DNA of 64,000 bases, from the NCBI GenBank assembly GCA_002753335.1, contig PEAD01000010.1:1-64000 (forward strand). Reading direction: 5' to 3'. Shown one piece after another: positions 27,514-38,068 of this stretch. A program made the position numbers and the translations under genes. The stretch's first letter is position 1. Each line of letters begins with the position of its first letter. The notes below the pieces were generated by a model. That model was not told the DNA's origin. It was given only the letters and a program-made list of their open reading frames with translations, and did not search any database. Source of the DNA: Nitrospirae bacterium MYbin3. Its GTDB lineage: Bacteria; Nitrospirota; Thermodesulfovibrionia; Thermodesulfovibrionales; Dissulfurispiraceae.

Positions 27514-28029
27514 ATGAAAGAGAACGATCTTATTGCGATAGGGAAAATAACCCGCGAGTGGGGAATCAGGGGCGAAGTGCTGATAGCACCGATGACTTCG
27601 GATATCGAACGCTTCAAATCTTTAAAAAAAGTTGCTGTAGAGCCATTAGCAGGCGGTTTGCACTGGATGGATATAAAGTCTTTAAAGTCTCATAAGGGCA
27701 TGCCCCTAGTTGCTTTTAAAAACATAGCCAATCCTGAAGATGCTAAAAAATTAAGAGGCGCGCTTGTGAAAGTCGAACAAAAAGATTCTCCGCCCCTGCC
27801 TGATGGATTTTACTACCAGCACCAGATACTAGGCCTTGAAGCTGTTAACCTTTCGGGCGATGTTTTGGGAAGGATAGAATCGATTATTCAGACAGGCAGC
27901 AATGATGTATATGTTATCAAGGCCAAAGGCAAAGAGCTTCTTGTTCCCGCGATAAAAGAAGTAGTGAAAAAAATAGACCTTGCTTCAGGAAAAATTATTA
28001 TAGAGCCCATGGAAGTTATTGAGGAATGA
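27514..28029 (+). CDS. rimM: 16S rRNA processing factor RimM
   Basis: IGKI...GIRGEV, YY..QILG, TGSNDVY, LVPAI; synteny. Confidence 0.93.
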   Translation: MKENDLIAIGKITREWGIRGEVLIAPMTSDIERFKSLKKVAVEPLAGGLHWMDIKSLKSHKGMPLVAFKNIANPEDAKKLRGALVKVEQKDSPPLPDGFYYQHQILGLEAVNLSGDVLGRIESIIQTGSNDVYVIKAKGKELLVPAIKEVVKKIDLASGKIIIEPMEVIEE

Positions 28030-28032
28030 CCT

Positions 28033-28737
28033 GTGTTCGGATTTGACGTAATAACCATATTCCCCGGAATATTAGATGCGTATTTAGGGGAAAGCATAAT
28101 GAAACGGGCTATAGAGAAAAATCTGATAGATGTAAAAGTTTACAATCTTCGCGACTATACGACCGATAAGCACAAGACTGTTGACGACTATCCATACGGC
28201 GGCGGATCAGGTATGGTGATGAAGGTTGAACCTCTTTATAAAGCGGTCACGGCGATAAAATCTGACGGCGTACAAAGGCTGACCGTTATGCTGAGTCCTC
28301 AAGGCAGGACCTACAATCAAGGCGTTGCAGAGGAGATGGCAAAGGAAACGCGCCGCATTCTTTTGATATGCGGAAGGTATGAAGGTATTGACGAAAGAAC
28401 TAGGGAGCTTCTGGTTGACACCGAGATTTCGACAGGTGATTATGTTTTGACTGGAGGAGAACTGCCCGCTTTAGTTATAATAGACTCTATTTCCCGTTTG
28501 CTCCCCGGAGTGCTGGGGGATGAGGAGTCTAACAAGGAAGAATCTTTTTCGTGGGGTATGCTCGACTATCCCCATTATACAAGACCTTCGGAGTTCATGG
28601 GAAAAAAGGTGCCTGAAGTTCTGCTTTCGGGGAATCACAAATTGATTATGGAGTGGCGAAAGCAGGAAGCGCTTAAAAGAACTCTGGCAAGAAGGCCTGA
28701 TCTTCTTGAAGGCGTTGAACATAGAAGTAACAGTTGA
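28033..28737 (+). CDS. trmD: tRNA m1G37 methyltransferase TrmD
   Basis: [38 protein letters not shown]. Confidence 0.96.
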   Translation: MFGFDVITIFPGILDAYLGESIMKRAIEKNLIDVKVYNLRDYTTDKHKTVDDYPYGGGSGMVMKVEPLYKAVTAIKSDGVQRLTVMLSPQGRTYNQGVAEEMAKETRRILLICGRYEGIDERTRELLVDTEISTGDYVLTGGELPALVIIDSISRLLPGVLGDEESNKEESFSWGMLDYPHYTRPSEFMGKKVPEVLLSGNHKLIMEWRKQEALKRTLARRPDLLEGVEHRSNS

Positions 28738-28796
28738 ATATACAAGCGGGCTTTGTCTGCATTTAATTTGGATGTTGTGATTTTCAGGAGGACAAA

Positions 28797-29177
28797 ATGA
28801 GTTTGGTAAAGGCTGTTGAAGAAGGCTTCAAAAAAGAGATACCGGCTTTCAATATCGGTGATACCGTAAGGATTCACGTAAAGGTTATTGAAGGCGACAA
28901 GGAAAGGCTTCAGCCTTTTGAAGGCACCGTCATAGCGCGGAAGGGCAGCGGTGTGCGCGAGACATTCATGCTCAGAAAAGTATCTTTCGGCGTAGGCGTA
29001 GAGAGAATATTCCCTGTTCATTCACCTTCAGTATCAAAAATCGAGGTGATTAAACACGGTGATGTAAGAAGGGCTAAGCTCTATCACCTCCGCAGCAAAA
29101 AAGGCAAACACGCAAAGGTAAAGGAAAAATCGAGGGAGGCTGTCAAGGCTGCCGCACAAAAAGCTTCAGCCGAATAA
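28797..29177 (+). CDS. rplS: 50S ribosomal protein L19
   Basis: GDTV, R.Q.FEG.VI, GVERIFP.HSP, VRRAKLY.LR. Confidence 0.97.
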   Translation: MSLVKAVEEGFKKEIPAFNIGDTVRIHVKVIEGDKERLQPFEGTVIARKGSGVRETFMLRKVSFGVGVERIFPVHSPSVSKIEVIKHGDVRRAKLYHLRSKKGKHAKVKEKSREAVKAAAQKASAE

Positions 29178-29188
29178 CGATCAGTCGG

Positions 29189-29809
29189 ATGCCTCTGTAC
29201 GAGCATGACGAAGCGTTCAGAAGAGGACTTAAACCCGGCTCTTTAATTGCGGGCATAGACGAGGCAGGCAGAGGGCCTCTGGCCGGACCTGTTGTGGCGG
29301 CGGCGGTTATTCTGCCTGAGGGCTTGAGAATTGAGGGTGTTCGCGATTCAAAAAAAGTTCCTAAAGCTGAACGGGAAGCCTTATTTTTAGAAATCAAGGA
29401 ATCGGCTTCGGCCATCGGCATCGGCATTGTGGATGCCGACGATATAGACAGAATCAATATACTCAACGCCACAAGGCTTGCGATGTGCAAAGCGGTTTCT
29501 TCAATGCGATTTAAACCTGACGTCCTTTTAATTGATGCAGTAATACTTCCTGCACTCGATATCAGACAGGTTCCTATCATAAAGGGTGATGCCAAGAGCG
29601 CAGCAATAGCAGCAGCTTCGATTATCGCAAAGGTAACACGCGACCAAATGATGTTGGAGTATCATGACAAATATCCCGAATACTTTTTTAACAAGCACAA
29701 AGGCTACGGCACCAAGACTCACATAGACATGATTAAACAGCACGGCCCCTGTCCTATCCACAGGAAAAGTTTTCAAAAAGTAATGCCTTTGCCGCTCTTC
29801 GCAGGATAG
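29189..29809 (+). CDS. rnhB: Ribonuclease HII
   Basis: GIDEAGRGPLAGPV, DSKK, KGD..S..IAAASI.AKV.RD, HKGYGT. Confidence 0.96.
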   Translation: MPLYEHDEAFRRGLKPGSLIAGIDEAGRGPLAGPVVAAAVILPEGLRIEGVRDSKKVPKAEREALFLEIKESASAIGIGIVDADDIDRINILNATRLAMCKAVSSMRFKPDVLLIDAVILPALDIRQVPIIKGDAKSAAIAAASIIAKVTRDQMMLEYHDKYPEYFFNKHKGYGTKTHIDMIKQHGPCPIHRKSFQKVMPLPLFAG

Positions 29810-29812
29810 GCT

Positions 29813-30577
29813 TTACCTGCCCAGAGTTTCGACAACCTTCTTAAAAGATTTCATCTCTTCATAGATAACGCTCAGGATTAAGGCGGTGAGAGGATCTCTA
29901 TTTCCTTTGTTTGTTTCCTGCAATCCAGTTATATATTCAACCCGCCTTATCGGCGGAATAACCACAGGACAGTAGCCGTTCTTCAGGCTCAAAACAGTTA
30001 ATAAAAGCCTTCCAATTCTCCCATTGCCGTCTGTAAAAGGATGAATTGACTCAAACTCAGCATGCATATTAATCGCCCATTCAAGAATGTGTTTGCCGCT
30101 GACAGGGTTGTTTATGTTCTCAATATGTTTTTTCATAAGTTCTGCAACTTTCTGATAATCCGGGGGCAGGTAATCGGTTCCTGTAATAATCACATTCATT
30201 TGTCTGTATCTGCCTGCATTTTCAAAATCAATTTGCTGAAAAAAAAGCTTATGCAGAGATAAAACATTTTCTTCAGCTATAGATTTACCGAATAAAGAAT
30301 ACATGTGATCATAAGCCTTTGCATGTCCCAAGGCTTCATAATGCTCTCTCATAGATTTGCCGCCTATGGTTATACCGTCCTCAATGACCACCTTTGTCTC
30401 TGACTCGGTAAGCGTGTTGCCCTCAATAGCATTGGATGCGTAAGTCAAACCGATACGGTAATAATCTTTAAGCTGTTTGACGAGATTCACAGAAAAAGGG
30501 CGATAGTGGTCGAGATCGGATTTGAGGGAGTCTATCTTTTCTAGGAGTTTTTTAATCTCGGACGTATTTGATTGCAT
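29813..30577 (-). CDS. Fic-domain protein (class II, internal inhibitory helix)
   Basis: Canonical HPFTDGNGRIGR; inhibitory motif SNAIEGN. Confidence 0.9.
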   Translation of the reverse strand: MQSNTSEIKKLLEKIDSLKSDLDHYRPFSVNLVKQLKDYYRIGLTYASNAIEGNTLTESETKVVIEDGITIGGKSMREHYEALGHAKAYDHMYSLFGKSIAEENVLSLHKLFFQQIDFENAGRYRQMNVIITGTDYLPPDYQKVAELMKKHIENINNPVSGKHILEWAINMHAEFESIHPFTDGNGRIGRLLLTVLSLKNGYCPVVIPPIRRVEYITGLQETNKGNRDPLTALILSVIYEEMKSFKKVVETLGR

Positions 30578-30684
30578 GTATTTATTATAACTTTGTCAGG
30601 CAAATAACTTAAACACAATAGAACCCACTATTTAATTTGCAGTATAATCTCATGTGATTAAATATTGTCCGCAACATAAGAATA

Positions 30685-32988
30685 ATGTGCCGTATTAGCC
30701 TGAAAATTTCGGGCACAGTTCAGGGCGTCGGTTTCAGGCCCTTTGTTTACAATCTCGCAAATAAACTTGGCCTCAACGGATATGTAAACAACACCGCTCA
30801 AGGCGTTACCATTGAATTAGAAGGAACCGACACCGAAGCCTTTTTAAACACAATCAAAAACGATCCCCCCCCCCTTGCCCGCATTGACTCTGTTGAAGCC
30901 ACAGAACTTCCGTATCTCGGCTATAAAGATTTCAGAATAATTGAAAGTGTTGACAGCGAAAGCTCTACCCATGTATCCCCTGATGTTTCTGTCTGCGAAG
31001 ACTGCCTAAATGATATGATGAGCGCTGAAAACAGTCGCTATCTCTATCCATTCATCAACTGCACCAACTGCGGTCCGCGCTACTCGATAACAGAAAAAGT
31101 TCCTTACGATAGGCCTAACACAACAATGTCGACATTCAGAATGTGCGCTAAATGCGAAGCAGAATACAACAATCCTACTGACAGAAGATTCCATGCACAA
31201 CCCAATGCCTGTGCAGCTTGCGGGCCCCGGGTAAGTTTAACCGGCAGCCGGCAGCCAGCAATCGAAAGCAAAGATGCAATAATAGAGGCGATTGCATTGC
31301 TGAAAGAGGGGAAAATCCTCGCGATAAAAGGGCTTGGCGGTTTTCATCTTGCCTGTGACGCTTTGAATAAACATGCGGTTCTAAGACTCAGAGAGAAAAA
31401 ACGTAAGAGCAATAAACCCTTCGCGCTTATGTCCGCAAACGTAGAGACGATAAGGAACTTCTGCATCATCTCAGAGGAAGAGGAGCGTTTGCTTGCTGAT
31501 AGGCGCAGACCTATCGTGCTATTAAAAAAACTGACGGCAGAAAGAAAACTTTCTGATGAAATTGCGCCGAACAATAAATATATAGGATTTATGCTTCCTT
31601 ACACGCCGCTGCATTATCTTTTATTTCATTATCCCATTGCTGACTCAAAAGTCATGTCTAATCTTGATGCTCTTGTTATGACAAGCGGCAATTTATCCGA
31701 AGAACCGATTGTGGTTGACAACAACGAAGCGCTCGAAAAACTTTCGGATATTGCGGATGCATTCCTGTTGCACAATAGAGATATCTTCATGCGAGTGGAT
31801 GATTCGGTGCTCAAAATGCAAAATAACAAATCATCTTTTGTCAGGCGTTCGCGCGGCTTTGTGCCGGAACCCATATATTTAGACAACAATGGGCCGGAGG
31901 TGCTTGCATGCGGCGCTGACCTGAAAAACACCTTCACGCTGACAAAAAACAATTCCGCAATCGTAAGCCAGCATATTGGTGATATGGAAAATCTCGATAC
32001 ATTAAACTTTTTTGAGGAAAGTCTCAAAAATCTCAACCAGGTTTACCGTGCAAACCCAACAGCCATAGCGCATGACCTGCATCCGAGCTATCTTTCAACA
32101 AAATGGGCAATTGACTACGGCCACAAATCACAAATCCCCACCCATGGCATTCAGCATCACTATGCCCATATCGCATCGGTGATGGCCGAACAAGGCATAA
32201 CCGAAAAAGTGATAGGCGTTGCGCTCGACGGGACAGGATACGGCACAGACGGCAGCCTGTGGGGAGGAGAGTTTCTCATATCTGGGATTGAAAGCTTTGA
32301 GAGGTCGGCGCATTTCAAGTATATACCGATTCCCGGAGGCGAAAGCGCTATCAAAGAATGCTGGCGGACAGCAATAAGCTATCTTCAGCATTCATCTCCA
32401 CACAATGCACGACAAAAGCTTGAAGAGTTAGGCTTTGTCCAAAAATACGGTAAAAATAACATAGATAATATTTTAAAGCTGTCAGCAAATAGACAGTTCT
32501 CTCCCCTTTCATCAGGCGCAGGAAGGCTGTTTGACGCTGTTGCAGCGCTTTCGGGTGTATGCGATAAAAATACCTTTGAGGGCGAGGCTGCAATAGCGCT
32601 CGAAAATCTTGTCAGCGATACGATCGAAGACTCCTACGATTATGATATAGCTGCCGGAGTTCCTGCTATGGTGGATTTTTCGAAAACCATAATCAGCGTG
32701 GTGCGCGATGTTATCAGCAATATACCAAGAGAGGTTATCTCCACAAAATTTCACAATGCAGTTGCAACGGCGGTAAAACAAACTGTAGAGAAAATATCGG
32801 CAGAATCAGGAATCAAAGTGGTTGTGCTGAGCGGAGGCGTTTTCCAGAACGAATATCTGCTGAAAAAAATTACGTCGCTTCTGGAAAAATCAGGCTTTGT
32901 CATTTACACCAATGAGAAAGTGCCCTGCAACGATGCAGGGATATCGCTCGGACAAGCTTATATTATAAGAGAACGGCTGAAGCGTTAA
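30685..32988 (+). CDS. hypF: [NiFe]-hydrogenase maturation carbamoyltransferase HypF
   Basis: GTVQGVGFRPFV, Zn fingers CEDC/CTNCGPR, KGLGGFHL, QHHYAH, DGTGYG, NDAGISLGQ. Confidence 0.95.
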   Translation: MCRISLKISGTVQGVGFRPFVYNLANKLGLNGYVNNTAQGVTIELEGTDTEAFLNTIKNDPPPLARIDSVEATELPYLGYKDFRIIESVDSESSTHVSPDVSVCEDCLNDMMSAENSRYLYPFINCTNCGPRYSITEKVPYDRPNTTMSTFRMCAKCEAEYNNPTDRRFHAQPNACAACGPRVSLTGSRQPAIESKDAIIEAIALLKEGKILAIKGLGGFHLACDALNKHAVLRLREKKRKSNKPFALMSANVETIRNFCIISEEEERLLADRRRPIVLLKKLTAERKLSDEIAPNNKYIGFMLPYTPLHYLLFHYPIADSKVMSNLDALVMTSGNLSEEPIVVDNNEALEKLSDIADAFLLHNRDIFMRVDDSVLKMQNNKSSFVRRSRGFVPEPIYLDNNGPEVLACGADLKNTFTLTKNNSAIVSQHIGDMENLDTLNFFEESLKNLNQVYRANPTAIAHDLHPSYLSTKWAIDYGHKSQIPTHGIQHHYAHIASVMAEQGITEKVIGVALDGTGYGTDGSLWGGEFLISGIESFERSAHFKYIPIPGGESAIKECWRTAISYLQHSSPHNARQKLEELGFVQKYGKNNIDNILKLSANRQFSPLSSGAGRLFDAVAALSGVCDKNTFEGEAAIALENLVSDTIEDSYDYDIAAGVPAMVDFSKTIISVVRDVISNIPREVISTKFHNAVATAVKQTVEKISAESGIKVVVLSGGVFQNEYLLKKITSLLEKSGFVIYTNEKVPCNDAGISLGQAYIIRERLKR

Positions 32989-34256
32989 TCGGTATAAAAC
33001 CGCACCTTGTCTATCCATATTGTCCCCTTGACCGGAGGATTATTTTCAGAATACGCTCCGATACTGAACGCCTCTACTCTGCTCAAGTCAATTATCTGCT
33101 TGCCTGCTTTTGCGCCGAATTTTGTTGCGCCGCCCTTTACCCATCCACGGCCTATAAAGATGTCTTCAAACGAAACTCTCACAAGCTTCCAGTCTGTTTC
33201 TGTTTCGAATAAAGCCACCCAAGCATCAATAGTATTGGGATCATCCCTATCTGAAATAAGAATTCTTAAATGTCCTATAACCTGAGGCTCTGCCTTAACA
33301 TAAAACTCTATTCCCGAAAACATCGAGAGGTCACGTTTCTTCATGTTTTCGATGCGGGCAAGCATGTCTTTAGGCGAACCTGTAAAGTCAAAATCCATGC
33401 GCATAGATTGCTTTGAATTATCCGCACCCTTGGCCTTATCTGTTTTAATTACAAATACCCCTTTGGCTTTATATCCTATGCTCCAAGCAGGGGTAAGCGT
33501 ACTCCCCTCAAAATCTTCGTTCAGGCTGGTTGCATCGCGAAGCTCGTTCGGTTTAAACAAAGGGGTCTTCATCGTTACCGCTGCTACAGCCTCGCCTGTT
33601 CTCACATTCACAAGCCTCAGGTTAATGTCCCATACTCCGCTGATCTCGGCAAGCGTTCCGGTAAGGATTAGATCGGCCGTTATCAGATTGCCAATAATTT
33701 TTTCGGGCGTTTCTTTCGTCAGACCGCTCAGGCTCAGCTGAAGCTCGTTAATCACCGACTTCAGCTTGGACCTTTCCACTATTGTGAACTGGCCCGAATC
33801 TATCAGCAAGGAGGTCAAGCCTTCCAGCGTAACCCTGCCTGCCGCTTTTTCGCGTCCCCTTATCACCTCAAAATCAACCACAGCAAGCGTTTTCTTGGGT
33901 ATCTTCAGTTTGACAGAAGAATTTGCTGCAAACACTGCAGGAGCAGCAAGTGTTATCACGACATTAGAGCCGCGCACCTCTTTGACCGTGCCGGCAATAT
34001 TATTGACCTCGGTTTTTATGCCTTCGATAAAAACAGATCTATTAACAACCTGCTGCGCCAACTCGCTTACAGGGTTATCTGTGGACTTCTGAATATCCGG
34101 CATTTTTATAGAAACAGTCACATCATTTCCGGACACGGTCTGAACAATACCGTCTATGAAAAGAAGCTTTACCGGCTCGGGCGCTCTGTCCGGTTCCTTT
34201 GGTGTTATGCAGGAGCACAACAAAAAAGTGATGATTATTGCTGACAAATTTTTCAT
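32985..34256 (-). CDS. Lipoprotein with CsgG/FlgO-like domain and C-terminal carbohydrate-binding-like (CBM11/CIA30) domain
   Basis: Lipobox LLCSC; LAVVDF...F.IVER..L..VI.EL.L..SG...ADLILTG; C-terminal IWIDKVRFY. Confidence 0.6.
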   Translation of the reverse strand: MKNLSAIIITFLLCSCITPKEPDRAPEPVKLLFIDGIVQTVSGNDVTVSIKMPDIQKSTDNPVSELAQQVVNRSVFIEGIKTEVNNIAGTVKEVRGSNVVITLAAPAVFAANSSVKLKIPKKTLAVVDFEVIRGREKAAGRVTLEGLTSLLIDSGQFTIVERSKLKSVINELQLSLSGLTKETPEKIIGNLITADLILTGTLAEISGVWDINLRLVNVRTGEAVAAVTMKTPLFKPNELRDATSLNEDFEGSTLTPAWSIGYKAKGVFVIKTDKAKGADNSKQSMRMDFDFTGSPKDMLARIENMKKRDLSMFSGIEFYVKAEPQVIGHLRILISDRDDPNTIDAWVALFETETDWKLVRVSFEDIFIGRGWVKGGATKFGAKAGKQIIDLSRVEAFSIGAYSENNPPVKGTIWIDKVRFYTD

Positions 34257-34291
34257 CTTGCCCCTCTATAATATTATTTCAGCACCGTCAA

Positions 34292-34915
34292 CTATCGGGT
34301 TATTATGTTTACGTCTTCCGTCGGAGAAAAATCAAAAACCCGGTCTTTGATGCCGGAGTTAATTGTTACATCGTCAAGCTTTATATCGGTTTTGTTTGAG
34401 CGTGTATCGGTGATAACCAACCCTTCTATCGGGAACTCACCATCTCCTGTCAAAAGTTCTATAGACAAAATAGCGCCCATCTGCTTCTTCGGTTTAAGCA
34501 GAAACCTGCGCTCTCCTGTTTGAGAAACTTCAAACTCTTTTCTTATATCTCCCAACCCTGCCAATAAAGCTATCGGTGCCTGTCCGTAGGTGGTCTTGTC
34601 AAACCTGCCTTTTAAGGCCTGCTTCTCGTTCTTCAGGTAGATGATAATGTCATCGCCGTTTATAAAAACGGTCTGGGGATTCTTGCCCCTGTAATCCCAT
34701 TTCATCTTTTTAGCCTTCAGATAGAAAAAGCCTTTGTATGAATCGGTCCTCTTAAAATCTTTTATAAAGCTCTTCTGCACAAAGCCGCCTTTGATATCAG
34801 CAATTCCCGAATAGGCCTTTTGTATTTTTTCTATGGCATCATCAGTCTCAGCGGCAAAAGAAAAAACTGACATGAAGCAAACGGACAGAAAAGCGCTGAG
34901 AAAACATTTTTTCAT
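34292..34915 (-). CDS. lolA: Outer-membrane lipoprotein carrier LolA
   Basis: Signal peptide; F.Q, G.FY...KMKWDY, Q.....G; C-terminal N.GI.D..F.F.P. Confidence 0.8.
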   Translation of the reverse strand: MKKCFLSAFLSVCFMSVFSFAAETDDAIEKIQKAYSGIADIKGGFVQKSFIKDFKRTDSYKGFFYLKAKKMKWDYRGKNPQTVFINGDDIIIYLKNEKQALKGRFDKTTYGQAPIALLAGLGDIRKEFEVSQTGERRFLLKPKKQMGAILSIELLTGDGEFPIEGLVITDTRSNKTDIKLDDVTINSGIKDRVFDFSPTEDVNIITR

Positions 34916-34964
34916 TACTTATTATACGCTTTTCAATACGTTGCCACCAATAGGTTTTGCAATT

Positions 34965-35399
34965 TTATCTGAAAGTCTTGTGGCATGAAACACAGGCCGC
35001 AAGGAGTTTCTGTGTCAGCGTAGTCATACGTTTTGTGTCGTTTTCTTCGGCAGCATGCGCCAGCAATTCAAGATTATGATGGAACTGTTTGTCCATCTTC
35101 ACAAACTCCTTTACGCGGTGGGCGTTCTTAGGTATTTTTACTGTGCCATGATGCACTCCCTCATGGGTCTTTTCCATTGTGCCGTGCATAGAGTGAAGCG
35201 CCTTGTGCACCCGCTCCCCATTCCCGACAGCAACGGCAGAAACAACCTCCCTGAAAACTCCGTCCAGTATCATCATCTCTTCGATAAGCGGATTCGCCCC
35301 TGAAACGATCGACTTATGCGCATGATTCTCAGCAACAGCTATTGCCGCTATCAGCATGATAATAGCCGTAAACATACTTACAACTTTCTTCCTGTCCAT
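34965..35399 (-). CDS. Periplasmic monoheme cytochrome c (cytochrome c'-like helical bundle)
   Basis: Signal peptide, helical His-rich body, C-terminal CVSCHKTFR. Confidence 0.75.
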   Translation of the reverse strand: MDRKKVVSMFTAIIMLIAAIAVAENHAHKSIVSGANPLIEEMMILDGVFREVVSAVAVGNGERVHKALHSMHGTMEKTHEGVHHGTVKIPKNAHRVKEFVKMDKQFHHNLELLAHAAEENDTKRMTTLTQKLLAACVSCHKTFR

Positions 35400-35448
35400 A
35401 ACTCTCCTCCTATTTTTAAATTAAATACAAAATACGCACCATTGAATT

Positions 35449-36354
35449 CTACCACCATCTCCAAAGAGATATAACAAACACTATAAGGAACACAAAAATC
35501 AGGTTCATGTATGCAAAGAAATAAAATAACTTCATCGGCACAGGCCTTTCGCTCTTGTCTGTCTGGAGGAGTTTGCCGATTACAGGCATTTTCAGAACTC
35601 TGTCCTCACCATGAGGCGCCTGCTTTAAAATATCTGTGAGGTCATGACCGGCAGCATGCTTTGCCATATGCGAGCCGCTCTTCCAAAGCTTGCTGCCCGC
35701 AACATCATAAATAATCCCGTTGTACGCGATATAGGCAGGACGGCCATCCTTGCCGTCGCAATGGGAAAGTTGTTCATGGTTAAGGTCCTGCTTGCAGTTC
35801 TTGATATCGCATTGCATTTTTCTTCTAAGCCTGGGGCCTATAACGAAAGTTACGAAGATAGCGGTCGAAACCATTACCATAAAGAGTGCTATCTTTATGG
35901 TCAGCAAAATCCCAAATCTTGTGTGAAAAAGCATGTCCCAGCTTGGAACTCTCGCGAGTGATAAAAGTGTTCCGGTTATTGTCATTATAAAAATTGAAAG
36001 CCAGCCCAGCATGAGTTCTCCCTTCGGAAGCCCGCCTGCAGCATATGCTGGCTTAAGGAGAATATGAACGTAAAGAATTGTGCCGAACCACATTATCGCG
36101 GTTATTGTGTGAATGTAGCCGATGATAAACCTTACTATTTTCTGAGTCTGCGTAAGCGGCCTGAAATGTCCTTTTATGCGTAGATCGTCTCTGAAAGCCT
36201 CTCCTGCAGCTGTCAGCTTGCCTCCGCCGACAGCCTCTACATGACATTCGCCGCAGTTCTTTCCGGTCTGCCCCGCATACTCCTGTGTGCAAAAACCTTC
36301 GGATAAAAAGACAAGCGGCAGAAAAAAAATGACTATAGCTAAAGCTGTTTTCAT
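35449..36354 (-). CDS. Fusion: c-type heme site, CopD-like TM domain, cytochrome b5-like domain
   Basis: CGECH after the signal peptide; TM segment H...WFG...H; DGKDG.PAYIAY.G.IYDV..SKLW..G.H...H.AG.DLT....APHG. Start behind a GGAGG RBS. Confidence 0.75.
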   Translation of the reverse strand: MKTALAIVIFFLPLVFLSEGFCTQEYAGQTGKNCGECHVEAVGGGKLTAAGEAFRDDLRIKGHFRPLTQTQKIVRFIIGYIHTITAIMWFGTILYVHILLKPAYAAGGLPKGELMLGWLSIFIMTITGTLLSLARVPSWDMLFHTRFGILLTIKIALFMVMVSTAIFVTFVIGPRLRRKMQCDIKNCKQDLNHEQLSHCDGKDGRPAYIAYNGIIYDVAGSKLWKSGSHMAKHAAGHDLTDILKQAPHGEDRVLKMPVIGKLLQTDKSERPVPMKLFYFFAYMNLIFVFLIVFVISLWRWW

Positions 36355-36692
36355 AAACCTCCCTGAACACCGTCTATCCATTTTAGTCCCTGCCGTCGCT
36401 CTCAAATGATCTGGGATTAAACATCAGTTCTCCCTAATTTCTGGATTTCATTTTTGGCCCTGTTAGCAGCAAAAAAGCTGAAGACCAAAGTCAGAGAGAT
36501 TTCGAATCCTAATCTTATTTTAGAAGAACCGGGCACTAAACAACATGATAAGAATCATATTACAACTGCAGCATTATCCCAGACGTTTCCTGAACCTCAA
36601 AGAGCTGACGGTTATAACCGATAGTCCCAGCGTGGACACCGGCCTCGGTTTCTTTATTGACCCCCATATTTTTTTAGTGGTAATCTAGTCAA

Positions 36693-38060
36693 ATGTTCCT
36701 GGCTTCAATAAAAAAAGTGCTTGCTCCAAGTCTGGGACGAATAAAGATAATAGTCGCAGAAACCTTCGGACTTGGTCCCGCAATGGCGCTCAGTGCAATG
36801 ATTTTCATCTTGCTAGTAGTAATTGGTGCAACTTTCTTGTTTATTTATTCGGCTCCGCCCGATACTATCATAATCACCAGCGGGGACGATGACACCCGCT
36901 TTCTTAAAAATGCAGAGAAGTATCAGAAGATACTTGCTCGAAACAAAGTAAAGCTTACAATCCTTAAATCCGAGGGCTCACTGGAAAATCTTAAACGCTT
37001 GGCAGATCCTTCATTTCGCGTTGATGTCGGTTTTGTTCAAACAGGAGTGGCAAAAAAACAAAATATTGACAAGCTGCTCTCGCTCGGAAGCATTTCCTAT
37101 GAACCACTTTACATATTCTATCGAAGCACCAAACCTCTGGAACGGCTTTCCCAATTTAACGGCAAGCGGGTTGCAATTGGCGAAGATGGCACCGGAACAC
37201 ATGTGCTGGCATTGGAACTCCTTGCAAAAAACGGCATCAACCCTGGTGACAAGACCGAACTGCTCGAAATGGATGATGAAGATGCAGAAAAATCACTTCT
37301 GGAAGGCAAGATTGACGCCGTATTTATGATGAGCGATTCCGCATCTTCACAGACCATACGAGAGCTGCTGCGCACGCCAGGAATAAGGCTTTTCGATTTC
37401 TCCCAAGCTGATGCCTATTCCCGCCGTATCGGCTATTTGAACAAAATAGTGCTTCCGATGGGCTCCATTGATTTCGGTAAAAATATTCCGGAACATGATG
37501 TCAACCTGATCAGTCCCACAGTTGAACTGATTGCACGCGCTGACCTCCATCCGGCGCTCTCAGATCTTCTGCTGGAGGCGGCAACCGAAGTACACTCCCG
37601 CCAGGGATTAACCCATAAACGCGGTGAGTTTCCGGCAATGCTTGAACATGAATACAGAATCAGCCCCGATGCAGCCCGCTTCTATAAATCGGGCAAAAGT
37701 TTTTTATACAAATATCTTCCCTTTTGGATGGCAAGCCTTATAAATCGAATTCTTGTCATATTTGTACCTATGCTTTTGATATTGATTCCTGGACTTAAAA
37801 GCATTCCGGTGCTCTACAGATGGAGAATGAGATTGCGTCTGCTCCGCTGGTACCGCGCGCTATTAATCCTCGAAGAAGATTTAGCCGCTCCAGTACCAAT
37901 TGAGACGCACAATGAATTGCTGGAACGCCTCAACCGCATAGAGGAAACCGTCAACAAATTAAAGGTACCCGCATCGTTTGCTGACCAATTCTTTACACTG
38001 CGCAGTTATATGGGCATGGTACGAGAGCGTCTTATGCGCAAGACAGGCCTGCAAAATTAA
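36693..38060 (+). CDS. TAXI-family solute receptor with TM anchor and C-terminal extension
   Basis: SEGSLENL, VDVGFVQ.G, YEPL.IFYR, R+AIG..G.GT, YLPFW.A. Confidence 0.8.
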   Translation: MFLASIKKVLAPSLGRIKIIVAETFGLGPAMALSAMIFILLVVIGATFLFIYSAPPDTIIITSGDDDTRFLKNAEKYQKILARNKVKLTILKSEGSLENLKRLADPSFRVDVGFVQTGVAKKQNIDKLLSLGSISYEPLYIFYRSTKPLERLSQFNGKRVAIGEDGTGTHVLALELLAKNGINPGDKTELLEMDDEDAEKSLLEGKIDAVFMMSDSASSQTIRELLRTPGIRLFDFSQADAYSRRIGYLNKIVLPMGSIDFGKNIPEHDVNLISPTVELIARADLHPALSDLLLEAATEVHSRQGLTHKRGEFPAMLEHEYRISPDAARFYKSGKSFLYKYLPFWMASLINRILVIFVPMLLILIPGLKSIPVLYRWRMRLRLLRWYRALLILEEDLAAPVPIETHNELLERLNRIEETVNKLKVPASFADQFFTLRSYMGMVRERLMRKTGLQN

Positions 38061-38068
38061 AATCTTTT

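Noticed and set aside
30685..32988. Hydrogenase gene cluster
   Set aside because: Only hypF is present; there are no other hyp or structural genes in the window.
36406..36692. Intergenic region as a possible riboswitch or sRNA
   Set aside because: No recognisable aptamer or strong stem; it is explained by divergent promoters.
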